DNA from: an uncultured Actinomycetota bacterium
GTDB taxonomy: Bacteria > Actinomycetota > Actinomycetes > Actinomycetales > Dermatophilaceae
Direction of reading: 5' to 3'
Assembly (NCBI GenBank): GCA_963816385.1
Contig: CAWFKL010000007.1
Location: forward strand, 1,009-65,008
DNA length: 64,000 bases
The translations under genes were made by a program, and so were the position numbers. Below are positions 52,331 through 61,843 of the stretch, piece after piece; the stretch's first letter is position 1; every line of letters starts with the position of its first letter. The notes beneath the pieces were generated by a model. It ran no database searches. It had not been told where the DNA came from and saw only the letters and a list, made by a program, of their open reading frames with translations.

Positions 52331-53010
52331 ATGCCGATCGCTCGCTACAAGGACCTGTGCATCGACGCCATCGACGCCCGCGCGCTCGCCGCCTTCTGGG
52401 CCGGGATGCTCGGCTGGGAGGCCCATCCCCATGACGACGGTGGCGGCTGCATCCGGGTCGGTGAGCAGGTGATGATCTGGGTCAACGAGGTGCCCGAGCC
52501 GACGAGCGTCAAGAACCGGCTGCATCTGGACGTCAAGGCCGAGTCGCTCGACGCCGCCCTGGCCGCAGGAGCCACGGTGGCCGACGAGCAGCCACGGTGG
52601 ACGGTGATGAAGGACCCAGACGGTCAGCAGTTCTGCATCTTCCAGCGCGACGCCCCGATCGGCGACCGCTTCTACGAGCTCGTGTGGGACGTGACCGGCG
52701 ACTCCGACGACGCGCACCGGGTCGCCGAGTGGTGGGCCGCGCGTGCTGGGCGGGTCCGTCGAGCGCGAGGACGAGTGGAGCTCGGTCCAGGGGGTCGAGG
52801 GCCTGCCCTGCGAGTCGATCGTCTTCCAGGCCGGTGCCCGAGGACAAGACGGCGAAGAACCGCATCCACGTGGACATCACGACCGACGACCTCTCCGCCC
52901 TGTTGGCGCACGGGGCGATGCTCGTGCGCGAGAAGGGCGACGACGGCATCGGCTGGACGGTGATGACGGACCCGGCAGGCAACGAGTTCTGCGCGTTCAC
53001 GCCCGACTGA
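52331..53010 (+). CDS. Two-domain VOC/glyoxalase-like protein split by two +1 frame steps near 52740 and 52830
   Basis: Domain 1, ORF 52331: MPIARYKDLCIDAIDARALAAFWAGMLGWEA...NRLHLDVKAESLDAALAAGATV...WTVMKDPDGQQFCIF. A linker/second-domain start is in ORF 52743 (LGGSVEREDEWSSVQGVEGLPCESIVFQ). The end is in ORF 52597-53010 (PVPEDKTAKNRIHVDITTDDLSALLAHGAMLV...WTVMTDPAGNEFCAF). The merged length is 680 nt, which is 3n+2. Confidence 0.75.
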
Positions 53011-53182
53011 CGTCGAGCACCCTGGGCGGATGCCGACGAGAGCCGGCGCAAGCCGCGCGAGCCTGTGGACGACGGCCGTCGCTCGACGTGCGACTGCGCA
53101 AGGATCGTGAGACCGTGCGGATCGAATCGGGACGCACCGCCACCGAACGACCAGCACACAGCACTCGAACCAGCACCAGGGA

Positions 53183-53815
53183 ATGCCGATGACCTTCGCC
53201 GACCGCGGCTCCGTCGCCCGACGAGCCCTGCCGTATGCCGCCGGGCTGGCCGCGCTGCTCGTCGCGGCCGGTTGCACGTCCTCAAGCCCGACGCCCGCCA
53301 ACTCGAGCCCGGCGCCGACGACCGCAACGTCCAGCCCGACCCCGACACCCTCGGGCACCACCACGACCCCCAAGCCCACGACGTCCGTGGACCCCGTCAT
53401 GGCCAAGATCCCAGCCGCCGCCCGAGCCGAAACCGATGCAGGCGCTGCAGCATTCGCCGAGTTCTACTTCGAGCAAGTAAACAAGCGTTCCGGACGGGGG
53501 ATCCCCGTCGTCCGCTCACGGTCTGGCCGAGCCAGCTTGCACATGTGCGAAGCCTTCGCCGAGGGCCATCGATGAACTCCAAAGCAAGGGTCAGCATTAC
53601 GATGGCGATCTCGCCGAGGTTAATTACGCGACCCGAATGCAATACAGACGCAGAGCAGGTCGGACAGGTCCTGGTCTGATCTTGACTCAGCAGCGAGTGC
53701 CCGTTCTAACGACGTCGGGTGACGATCGGTAGAGCGAACACGTGCGGGCAAGGGTGCCTTCGTCGCGACGCTCAACTTCGACGAGCGCTGGTCGATCACG
53801 CGCCTTCAGAAGTAG
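53183..53815 (+). pseudogene. Lipoprotein (resembles the actinobacterial DUF6318-type family) broken over several frames
   Basis: Signal peptide plus lipobox MPMTFADRGSVARRALPYAAGLAALLVAAGC, a Pro/Thr/Ser-rich linker, then ...AAARAETDAGAAAFAEFYFEQVNK. The downstream pieces are in other frames (AFRTGDP..., ...IDELQSKGQHYDGDLAEVNYAT..., ...GKGAFVATLNFDERWSITRLQK, with the stop at 53813-53815). The family name comes from memory of similar proteins and is not verified. Confidence 0.5.
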
Positions 53816-54035
53816 CGCAAGTGAACGGCATGAGCTCGAGTCCTTGCGGCCGCTGTCGCTGGCTCCTGCACTGGTACGTCGTTGATCTCAGCGGTCCCAG
53901 CGCATTGCGGCGAATGGACTGCACCAGAGCTCCATGTGTTGAACGAACTGCGACATTGACGAGTCAGCCAAGTGTCGGCCTTGCTCAGTCGCGAAGCAGG
54001 TTCTCGCTCTGGAAAAGTACCCCGGTGACGATGGC

Positions 54036-54753
54036 ATGCCATTGCTGGAGCCTCGTCCGCCGGATGCGCCGCGGTATGACTATGTCTCCCTCAATGATTG
54101 CGCACAGGCTCGCCCGGAGTCGCCCACCGAGCAGGTCTCGTGTCCCCACGCCCTACGTGACTGTCCCGAGGGAGAGATCGGTCCGCTTCTCCGGATCTGG
54201 CGGCGGACGCTCGAAGGCGACGTCGTCGTGGAGCCTTGGTCCGTTCGAGGGCTGACCTGTGCTGCTGACGTGGCTCCGGGGGCGCGGCCGACGCTGTCGA
54301 TGGCGGACATCAAGGCCCAGTTCATGCGCACGCCGTGGTCCAGGCCGCAGCTCTCGACCCAGCCGGCCGGGAACACGACGCTCGTGAACCTCACGACGTT
54401 CTACCGGGTCAGCTGGGCGCCGCGGGGCTTCGAGCCCGGCGAGGTCGACGAGTCGGTCCTGCGCGGCATCCCCGTCCGCATCCGTCCGAAGCTCATCGGC
54501 TTCACGTACGTCTTCGGCGACGGCACCACCCATGGCCCCACCGCCTCGACCGGAGGCGTCTACCCCGACGGAGACGTCACCCACGTCTACGAGGGCAAGG
54601 GCGAGTTCGCCGCCCGCGTCGACACGACGTTCGGCGCCGACTTCAGCCTGGACGGCTCCAGCTGGGACGAGATCCCCTCGACCGTCACGCGTTCCGGGAC
54701 CGACCACGACCGTGACGGTGCGTGAGGCGAAGGGCGTGCTCGTCAACCGCTGA
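54036..54753 (+). CDS. Hypothetical Cys-containing, probably exported protein. There is a +1 frame step near 54690, and the N-terminus probably starts further upstream.
   Basis: ORF 54036-54725 reads ...YDYVSLNDCAQARPESPTEQVSCPHALRDCPEGE...TLVNLTTFYRVSWAPRGFEPGEVDESVLRGIPVRIRPKLIGFTYVFGDGTTHGPT...DVTHVYEGKGEFAARVDTTFGADFSLDGSSWDEIPSTVT. The tail (VPGPTTTVTVREAKGVLVNR) is in ORF 54532-54753. The same frame is open back to about 53950 (..CDIDESAKCRPCSVAKQVLALEKYPGDDG). A signal-like ARVLAAAVAGSCTG lies in another frame near 53835. Confidence 0.5.
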
Positions 54754-54785
54754 CCGACCAGCACCGCACCGGTCACAGGTTGACG

Positions 54786-55055
54786 TCAGCGCGGGACGTC
54801 GCCCGTGGTGCTCGAGAGTCCGGCGACGTCGCCGTTGGGCCTGGCGTCCTCCACCGGGGGCAGCGCCTCACTGCCGGCCCCGTCGTCGGCCCCGTCGACC
54901 GGCTCGGTCCTGAGCAGAGCGTCCTCGTCCTGGGCGGCCGAGTCCCAGCGTGATGAGTCCGCCGGGTCGGGAGTCACCGCGGTCACCTCGCCCCCGAAGG
55001 CACGTGCGTCGTCCTCGAACGGCTCACCCGTGATTCGCACCACTCTGACCGTCAT
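54786..55055 (-). CDS. Hypothetical small acidic protein
   Basis: Intact 89-aa ORF MTVRVVRITGEPFEDDARAFGGEVTAVTPDPADSS... I do not recognise a family. The call is supported only by its length and by not being antisense to another gene. Confidence 0.35.
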   Translation of the reverse strand: MTVRVVRITGEPFEDDARAFGGEVTAVTPDPADSSRWDSAAQDEDALLRTEPVDGADDGAGSEALPPVEDARPNGDVAGLSSTTGDVPR

Positions 55056-55176
55056 GGTCCGTTCCCGACACCTGCGCCTCCAGCTCGTCGCGGACGCGCT
55101 GATGCCTGGTTTCGCGTCCTGATCCCGTGACGCTACCCCGGCGCCGACCTCGACGGGGCGAAGGAGCGCTGCCCGC

Positions 55177-55608
55177 TCAGGCAGCCACCGGTCCGTCCGT
55201 GGAGAACGACAGCACCGCGGCGGGCGCGGCGATCGCGACCCCGAGCAGCCGCACGCCGGATGCCCGGCAGGCGCCCTCGAACGCCGCCCGGAGGTCGTGG
55301 TCGCGCGGCGTCGGAGCCGGACGCCCCGATCGTGCGATGACCATCACGACGTCGAGCACGTCCCGACCGGCTGACTCGGTGAACAGGGCGGTCAGTCGCT
55401 CCAGCACCTTGCCCGCGTCGACAGTCGTCGGCTCGTCCGGGACGCAGATCGGCTGCATGAGCCGACCGCCTTCGTGGCAGAAGAGCACGTAGGTCGCGCC
55501 CTCGAAACGCGACTGCTCAGTGACGATGAGGTCGACGACGCCCTCGAAGACGTCGGGGTCGGTGATGGGTCGCTGCGCCCAGTCCCTGGGCAGGTCCTCG
55601 AAGCTCAT
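55177..55608 (-). CDS. Hypothetical conserved-looking protein
   Basis: Intact 143-aa ORF MSFEDLPRDWAQRPITDPDVFEGVVDLIVTEQSRFEGATYVLFCHEGGRLMQPICV...VVMVIARSGRPAPTPRDHDLRAAFEGACRASGVRLLGV. The composition looks globular. I do not recognise a family. Confidence 0.5.
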   Translation of the reverse strand: MSFEDLPRDWAQRPITDPDVFEGVVDLIVTEQSRFEGATYVLFCHEGGRLMQPICVPDEPTTVDAGKVLERLTALFTESAGRDVLDVVMVIARSGRPAPTPRDHDLRAAFEGACRASGVRLLGVAIAAPAAVLSFSTDGPVAA

Positions 55609-55705
55609 GGAGCGATCATGGCGGCCGCCGGTGACAGTCCTCGTGCGCTATCCACATGGCTATCGTGAGGGAGCGGGGCACGTACCTCGCAGGAGGGAGG
55701 GGCGG

Positions 55706-57191
55706 GTGGTGCAGGACCAGTCCGGGGCGTCAGTCCCAGCCATCGTCACGACGTCCCGCGGCGCTTGCGGCCACCGAGCTGCTCGCCGTCGTATGCCGCA
55801 CGCTCCCTGTCCCCGGTCGAGGTCCTTCTCGACGTGGCCGACGTCGTCGCGCAGCAGGAGCCGACGCTCAACGCGCTGTGGGTCGACGACCTGCAGGCAC
55901 GCCCTGATGTGCTCCTGTCTCGAGGCGCGAGCGAGCGAGCGACGCTGGGCACGGGGGAGCCGCGCGGGGCCCTGGACGGCATACCGGCAACGGTGAAGGA
56001 GAACCTCGCCCGCGCCGGCGTGCCGATGCCGTCGGGCAGCGCCGGAGTCACGCCGGTCGTGCCGAACCGCAGCTCCCCCGTCGTCGAGCGCCTCGAGGAG
56101 GCCGGCGCCATCGTCGTGGGGTCCACGGTCATGCCCGACTGGGGCATGCTCAGCTCGGGTGTCTCGAGCCTGCACGGCATCACGCGCTCGCCCTGGCACG
56201 GCGCGCTGACCACCGGCGGGTCCTCGGCCGGAGCGGGAGCCGCAGCGGCAGCCGGCTACGGCCCGTTGCACGTCGGCACCGACATCGGCGGCTCGATCCG
56301 GCTGCCGGGCACCTGGCTCGGGCTCACGACACTCAAACCCAGCGCCGGGCGCGTGCCGCTCGACACGCCCTACCTCGGCCGCGTCGCCGGACCGATGACG
56401 CGCACGGCCGCCGACGCGGCGCTCCTGCTGTCGGTGATCAGCCGGCCCGACCCCCGCGACTGGACCGCCCTGGCGCCGGCCGAGCTCGACCTGCACCTCG
56501 TTCACGACTGGGACCTGACGGTGGCCTCACCGGACCGGATCGGGACGGCGAGCACTGAACGTCGGCCTGCTCGTGGACGCCGGTTGCGGCACCGCCGTCG
56601 ATCCGCAGGTCCGAGCGGTCGTCGAGGCGGCAGCCGCCGTGTTCGCGGGAGCGGGCGCCGAGGTCGAGCTCGTCGAGCCGTTCATGAGGCCCGACTGGCT
56701 GGCGCGGCTCGATGAGTTCTGGCGGGTCCGCTCGCTCGTCGAGCTCGAGAGCCTCGACTCCGGAGGCTCGCACTCGAGTGCTTCCCTTCATCCGGCGCTG
56801 GGCCGAGGCGGCGGGCAGCGTCGACGGGCGCCAGGTCCTGCGCGACTACGCCGCGATCATGGCGATCCAGCAGGCCACCGTCGCCGCGACGGAGCCGCAC
56901 GACATCGTCCTGTCGCCCGTCGCGCCCATGGCGGCGTTCCCGGCCGAGTGGCCGATGCCCTGGGGCGATGGGGACGACGCGATGTCGCACATCGGTTTCA
57001 CCGCCCCCTTCAACCTCTCCGGCCAGCCGGCGGGCACCGTCAATGCCGGCTACACCGGAGACGGGCGCACGATCGGCCTGCAGGTCTCGGGGCGACGCTT
57101 CGACGACGTCACGGTGCTCCGTGTCCTGCACTGGTTCGAGCGGCACGGTCCTGCCCATGCGCGCCCGGACTGGCCGATCCCCCCGCGGTGA
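55706..57191 (+). pseudogene. Amidase-signature (AS) family amidase broken by about four +1 frame steps
   Basis: AGGAGGGAGG lies upstream of the GTG at 55706. The pieces are ...LAATELLAVV (frame of ORF 55656), YAARSLSPVEVLLD...GIPATVKENL...TTGGSSAGAGAAAAAGYGPLHVGTDIGGSIRLP (ORF 55765), DAGCGTAVDPQVRAVVEAAAAVFAGAGAEVELVEPF (ORF 56573) and ...VLSPVAPMAAFPAEW...FTAPFNLSGQPAGTVNAGYTGDGRTIGLQVSGRRFDD (ORF 56712-57191). The merged length is 1486 nt, which is 3n+1 and consistent with four single insertions. Confidence 0.8.
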
Positions 57192-57295
57192 GGCCCGGAC
57201 GGAGGTGGACCCGTCCTCGCACAGTTCTGGACAGTTCTCGTTCAGTTCGCACACTCCTGGCTCAGTTCTGGCTCACTCCCGCCTCAGTCCTGGGC

Positions 57296-57676
57296 TCACT
57301 CCTCCGGCGTGCCTCGGTGGCAGACCGCCTCGACGTTGTTGCCGTCGGGGTCGCGCACGAACGCTCCGAAGTACGCCGGGTGGTACTCCGGCCAGAGCCT
57401 GGGCGCGTGCAGCGACTCGGCACCGAGGGAGAGAGCCTTCTCATGGAAGGCCCGAACCGCCTCCACGCTCTCGGCGGAGAAGGCGCAGTGGATCTCTCGG
57501 TTCGGCTCGACACCGCTCCATGAGGAGATCCAGAAGTCGGGATGGCCCTGCGTGCCGTAGCCGATGGCCACGCCGACGTCCATCTGACGCGTGTAGCCGA
57601 GGACCGCCAGCACGTCGTCGTAGAACCGGGCACTGGCCTGCAGGTCGGAACAGTTGATGCCGAAGTGATCGATCAT
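57296..57676 (-). CDS. VOC/glyoxalase-family protein
   Basis: Intact 126-aa ORF MIDHFGINCSDLQASARFYDDVLAVLGY...EIHCAFSAESVEAVRAFHEKAL...GAFVRDPDGNNVEAVCH. Confidence 0.85.
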   Translation of the reverse strand: MIDHFGINCSDLQASARFYDDVLAVLGYTRQMDVGVAIGYGTQGHPDFWISSWSGVEPNREIHCAFSAESVEAVRAFHEKALSLGAESLHAPRLWPEYHPAYFGAFVRDPDGNNVEAVCHRGTPEE

Positions 57677-57912
57677 GCTCGCAGGCTAGGCCCTGCTGGC
57701 GACAAGGCCCGGCCCGTCGACGGTTTCAGCCGGCGACAGAGGGCCTCCCCGGGCGCCGGCCGTGCTCCGTGCCGGCCACGCGCCGGCCCATCGCCGTCCC
57801 TCTCGCCGTCAACATCGCAGCACCTGGCCATTGTCATCGCGGACAACCTTTGGTCGACTGGGTCTGGTGGGTCCGGCCCAGCCGGGGCCGGTCCGAGCAG
57901 ACCGGAGGTGCC

Positions 57913-58344
57913 ATGAGCAGTCCAACCCAGTCGGTCCCCGAGCAGTCGGAGGACGCAGACCTCGAGGGGTCGCCTGCCGGGGTGCATGCGAGCACGACCG
58001 TCGCCGCACCCATCGATGCGGTGTGGCAGCACCTGATCAGCCCGCGCGGGACCGAAGCCCTCCTCGGCCCGGGTGCCACGCTCGGGAGCAAGGGCCAGTC
58101 GTGGCGCAGCACGGACGGCACGCACGGCGTCGTTCGCAGCTACCACCCGCTGGAGCAGCTGCGGGTCTCCTGGCACCCTCACGAGGACGGACCTCTCAGC
58201 GTCGTCGACATCCAGCTCGGCCGGGACGGGGAGGCGACGCGGCTCGACCTCTACCACGAGGGCCAGGGCATCGCCGCCGACGGCGCGGGCGACAAACGCC
58301 GCTGGGACGACGCGCTGGGACGCTTCGCCGACACGCTGGGCTGA
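57913..58344 (+). CDS. SRPBCC-superfamily (AHSA1/START-like) protein
   Basis: The ATG at 57913 has GGAGG upstream. The sequence is ...VHASTTVAAPIDAVWQHLISPRGTEALLG...GVVRSYHPLEQLRVSWHPHEDGPLSVVDIQL...TRLDLYHEG.... Confidence 0.65.
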   Translation: MSSPTQSVPEQSEDADLEGSPAGVHASTTVAAPIDAVWQHLISPRGTEALLGPGATLGSKGQSWRSTDGTHGVVRSYHPLEQLRVSWHPHEDGPLSVVDIQLGRDGEATRLDLYHEGQGIAADGAGDKRRWDDALGRFADTLG

Positions 58345-58419
58345 CACTGCACCGAACCGCCCCTCACCCCGGTGCCTGTCTCACGAGCCACCGCTCACGC
58401 CGAGCCCCACAGCGGGGGC

Positions 58420-59502
58420 TCAGCGCACGACCATGACCGGGCATGCCGCGGTGTGGATGACACGGTGGCTCACCGACCCGAGCAGCAGCCCCGTGAAGCC
58501 GCCGCGCCCGCGCGACCCGACGACAGCGAGCCCGGCCGTTGAGGCGAGGTCGCGCCAGCGCCTCGCCGGAGTCGCCGTAGAGCACGTCGGTGGACACCTC
58601 CAGGTCGCCGTGCGCGTTCCTGGCCAGCAACGCCGCTGCATCCAACGCGCCCTGGGCCTGCTCCCTGCGGGCGTGCGCTCGCTTCGTGCCTGCGTGGGCC
58701 GTCTCCTCGTACGCCCAGCTCTCCATGGAAGGGACGTGCAGCACATGCGCGATGCGCAGGGCTGCGCCGAACTCCTGAGCGAGGTCGGCGGCGGCCCGGA
58801 CCGCACGCTCGGACTGCTGCGAGCCGTCGAAGCCGACGACGACGGGGTGGTCCGCGTCCGGAGTGACCACTGGAGGCAAGCCGCCCTCTTCGTCGCGCGT
58901 AGCCGCACCATCGGTGCCGCCGTCACCGCTGGCGGAGCCGTTGGTGTCGCCGCCCTCCGGGGCGGCCGGGCACGATGACCACCGGGCAGGACGCGTGGGC
59001 GGCGACGGCGTACGAGGTGGACCCCAGCAGTCCAGCCACCAGGCGGCCCCTGCCGCGACTGCCGACCACGACGAGGTCCGCCCACGTGGAGGCCTCCACG
59101 AGCTGGGCTGCGGGACTGCCGAGCCAGGAACTGCGTCTCGACGCTCTCGGCTTCCAGGTGCCCGCGAGCGCGCTCGGCACCGTCAGCGACGACTCGCCGC
59201 GCCGCATCCTCCATCAGCGGTTCCGCGTGCGAGGTGTCGAAGGCCGCGAATCCCGGCGTGAACCCGAGGGCGAGACCATGCACGAGGACCAAGCGGACGT
59301 GGCGCCGCTGAGCCGCCCCGGACGCCCAGCTGAGGGCCAGCCGGGCCTGCGGCGACCCGTCGTACCCGACGACGACACCGCCCGCCCGTTCCTCCGTGGT
59401 GCTGTCCGAGGTGGTCTCCGAGCTCGTCTCGGAGGTGGCCTCGGAGGTGGTGTCCGAGGTGACTGTCGGCTGACTGCTTGACTGACCGTCCATGATGAGC
59501 AC
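58420..59502 (-). pseudogene. Tandem universal stress protein (two USP domains) broken by three +1 frame steps
   Basis: The pieces in order are: ...GGVVVGYDGSPQARLALSWASGAAQRRHVRLVLVHG... (ORF 58420-59502, 5' part); ...LGSPAAQLVEASTWADLVVVGSRGRGRLVAGLLGSTSYAVAAHASCPVVIVP (ORF 58923-59207); ...HPVVVGFDGSQQSERAVRAAADLAQEFGAALRIAHV...DVLYGDSGEAL (ORF 58364-58879); ...LAVVGSRGRGGFTGLLLGSVSHRVIHTAACPVMVV (3' part of the first ORF). Frames step 0, +1, +2 and back to 0. The total is 1083 nt, which is 3n. Confidence 0.75.
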
Positions 59503-59668
59503 GCCTCCTGCGATGGCGCCGGGCGATGCTCCCGGCCACGTCCATCGTCTCGCGATTCGGGCGCGACGGGTCGAGGCCGTGACCTTTCAGACAGGCGAGC
59601 CGCGGCGCGGGTCGGTGGGACCCGCCCATGGCGGTTAGACGAAGCGCGCCCGGGCCTCCGGCGTCCGA

Positions 59669-60101
59669 TCAGCGCGTTGCGCTTGCGCGCGGCGGCAGTC
59701 GCTCGGTCGTTCGCCTTCTGGATCGCCTCGACGAGCTCGTCCTTGCTCATCCGGGAGCGCCCCTTGACGTCGAGCCGCTTCGCCAGCTCGTACAGGTGCG
59801 CCTTCGACGCGAAGGCGTCGACCCCACCCTGGGACTCCCCGTCGTCACGGTGGGCGCGCGCCTCCGGTCCGCGACGGGTCGCCTGCCTGTCGGACGGGCC
59901 CTTCTCGGCCTTCTCCTCCCAGTGGTCACCGACCTTCTCGAAGGAGTGCTTGAGCGACGCGAACGCCGTGCGGTGCGCGCGCTCCCCCTCGCCGTACTGC
60001 TCCACGGCGGCGTCATGCGTCGCGAGCCAGGTCTCCTGCGCCTTGGCGGACGACCTCTCGAGAGTGGACGGCAGATCGGTGTTCCGGCGTTTGCTCGGCA
60101 T
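59669..60101 (-). CDS. ChaB-family domain plus Rho-termination-factor N-terminal (Rho_N) domain protein. The stop was apparently lost through a +1 shift near the 3' end.
   Basis: The sequence is MPSKRRNTDLPSTLERSSAKAQETWLATHDAAVEQYGEGERAHRTAFASLKHSFEKVGDHWEEK (ChaB-like) followed by ...SKAHLYELAKRLDVKGRSRMSKDELVEAIQKAN (Rho_N-like). Track ORF 59214-60101 reads on for about 150 Arg-rich codons and overlaps the USP gene. A TGA in the +1 frame at 59671-59669 would give 433 nt, which is 3n+1. Confidence 0.7.
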
Positions 60102-60283
60102 CGGGGCCTCCCGGGCGGTGAGCGGGACTGGGGTTCGCGTTCACGAAAGCATGGTCCGTTCTCGATCCATGTCTCTCGGGCCACGTACCCAACTGCGGTC
60201 CCGCACGACGCCCCGCCGCTCCCGATGCACGCGATCGGCATGGCGCAGGATGATCCACAGGACAGAACGCTGAGGGAGGCGTC

Positions 60284-61591
60284 ATGCCGAAGGACCCCAC
60301 CAACGCCGCCGACGACATCGCCACCTCGATCGCCGACGACCTCGACGCCCGGCTCGCCGACGCCGATCGGGAGCTGGCGTCGCGCTTCCCGGGCGAGCGC
60401 TCCGCGCGCCAGCCGGTGCACACCGTCTACGTGCCTGCCGACCGGTTCCAGGCCGGGCTCGCCCAGGCCTGGGGAGCCGCGGCCCTCGAGCTGCTGGAGG
60501 CCCACCTCGACGCCTTCGAGGCAGTCGTGGGCGACCGGGGAGATCGGGGCAACCAGAGCGATCGAGGCGCGCAGAGCGAGCAGAGCGAGCAGGCCGCCGA
60601 CATCGTCGCGGCGGTACGCGAGAAGCTCCGGACCGAGCCCATCGAGGACCTGCGCATCGACTTCGAGGACGGTTACGGCATACGCGACGACGCCGACGAG
60701 GACGACGCTGTCGATCGGGCGGCGGCCATGCTGCGCGCCGCGATCGACGACGGCAGCGCTCCCCCCTTCTCGGGGATCCGGTTCAAGTCCTTCGAGCAGA
60801 CCACCCGTCGTCGTGGCGTGCGGACACTGACCCGCTTCCTCGAGCGGGTGTCGTCCGGCGGAGCCCTGCCGGAAGGCTTCGTCGTCACGCTGCCCAAGGT
60901 CACGAGTGTCGAGCAGGTCACGGCCATGGTCCACGCCGCCGAGCGCATCGAGGCGGCTCTGCGGCTGACCACCGCGTTGTCGTTCGAGATCCAGGTGGAG
61001 ACGCCGCAGTCGATCCTCGGACCGGACGGCACTGCGCTCGTCGCGCGGATGATCCACGCCGCGGCCGGCCGCTGCACCGGACTGCACTACGGGACCTACG
61101 ACTACTCCGCCTCGACGGGCATCGCGGCGCCGTTCCAGGCCTTGGACCACCCGGCCGCCGACCATGCCAAGGCCGTCATGCAGGTCGCGGCGGCCGGCAC
61201 CGGCGTGCGGCTGTCGGACGGCTCGACGAACGTCATCCCGGTGGGCGATCCGGTAGCCGTCAGCGCTGCCTGGACCCTGCACCACTCCCTCGTCCGTCGA
61301 TCCCTCGAGCGCGGGTACTACCAGGGCTGGGACCTGCATCCGGGGCACCTTCCCACCCGGTATGCCGCCGTCTTCGCCTTCTACAGGAGCGGGCTCGGCG
61401 CAGCAACCGCGAGGTTGCGCTCCTACGCCGAGCGGTCCGGCTCGGGCTTCATGGACGAGCCGGCCACGGCGCGCGCGCTCGCCGACTTCGTGCTGCGCGG
61501 GATCGACTGCGGCGCCGTCGACGAAGCGACCGCCGTGACGGCGTCAGGACTCGACCGCCGCACACTGGCCGTGCTTGCCAAACGGGCCTGA
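60284..61591 (+). CDS. HpcH/HpaI-aldolase/citrate-lyase-like (TIM-barrel) protein of uncertain function, possibly DUF6986-type
   Basis: Intact 435-aa ORF with ...EDLRIDFEDGYG...GIRFKSFE...VVTLPKVTSVEQV...FEIQVETPQSIL...TGLHYGTYDYSAS.... I recognise the family only loosely. It lies directly upstream of the uricase genes. Confidence 0.6.
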   Translation: MPKDPTNAADDIATSIADDLDARLADADRELASRFPGERSARQPVHTVYVPADRFQAGLAQAWGAAALELLEAHLDAFEAVVGDRGDRGNQSDRGAQSEQSEQAADIVAAVREKLRTEPIEDLRIDFEDGYGIRDDADEDDAVDRAAAMLRAAIDDGSAPPFSGIRFKSFEQTTRRRGVRTLTRFLERVSSGGALPEGFVVTLPKVTSVEQVTAMVHAAERIEAALRLTTALSFEIQVETPQSILGPDGTALVARMIHAAAGRCTGLHYGTYDYSASTGIAAPFQALDHPAADHAKAVMQVAAAGTGVRLSDGSTNVIPVGDPVAVSAAWTLHHSLVRRSLERGYYQGWDLHPGHLPTRYAAVFAFYRSGLGAATARLRSYAERSGSGFMDEPATARALADFVLRGIDCGAVDEATAVTASGLDRRTLAVLAKRA

Positions 61592-61774
61592 GCGGTGCCG
61601 TGCCACGCACTGGACCAGCACGCGCCACGTGGAATGTTGGCGCGCAAGCGGCGGAACGGTCAGACGTGGCGGAGCCGATCCGTTGACGCAGCCTGCCGCG
61701 GCTCCTATCGTTCCTGCACCCGATGGCGTGCCCCCCGGTCGCGACCCGGTGCCGACAGCCGTCGCCGGCAACGC

Positions 61775-61829
61775 ACACGACCTCGACCACGACCACGACC
61801 CCGACCACGAGCCCGACCACGAGCCCGAC
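61775..61829 (+). repeat. Short tandem repeats of GACCACGA(G/C)CC(C) type (6- and 12-nt periodicity) just upstream of the uricase start
   Basis: The sequence is cacgacctcgaccacgaccacgaccccgaccacgagcccgaccacgagcccgac. The unit CCCGACCACGAG occurs twice perfectly, preceded by GACCAC/GACCTC units. In one frame it encodes HDLDHDHDPDHEPDHEPD. Confidence 0.85.
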
Positions 61830-61843
61830 ATTGGAGCTGACCC

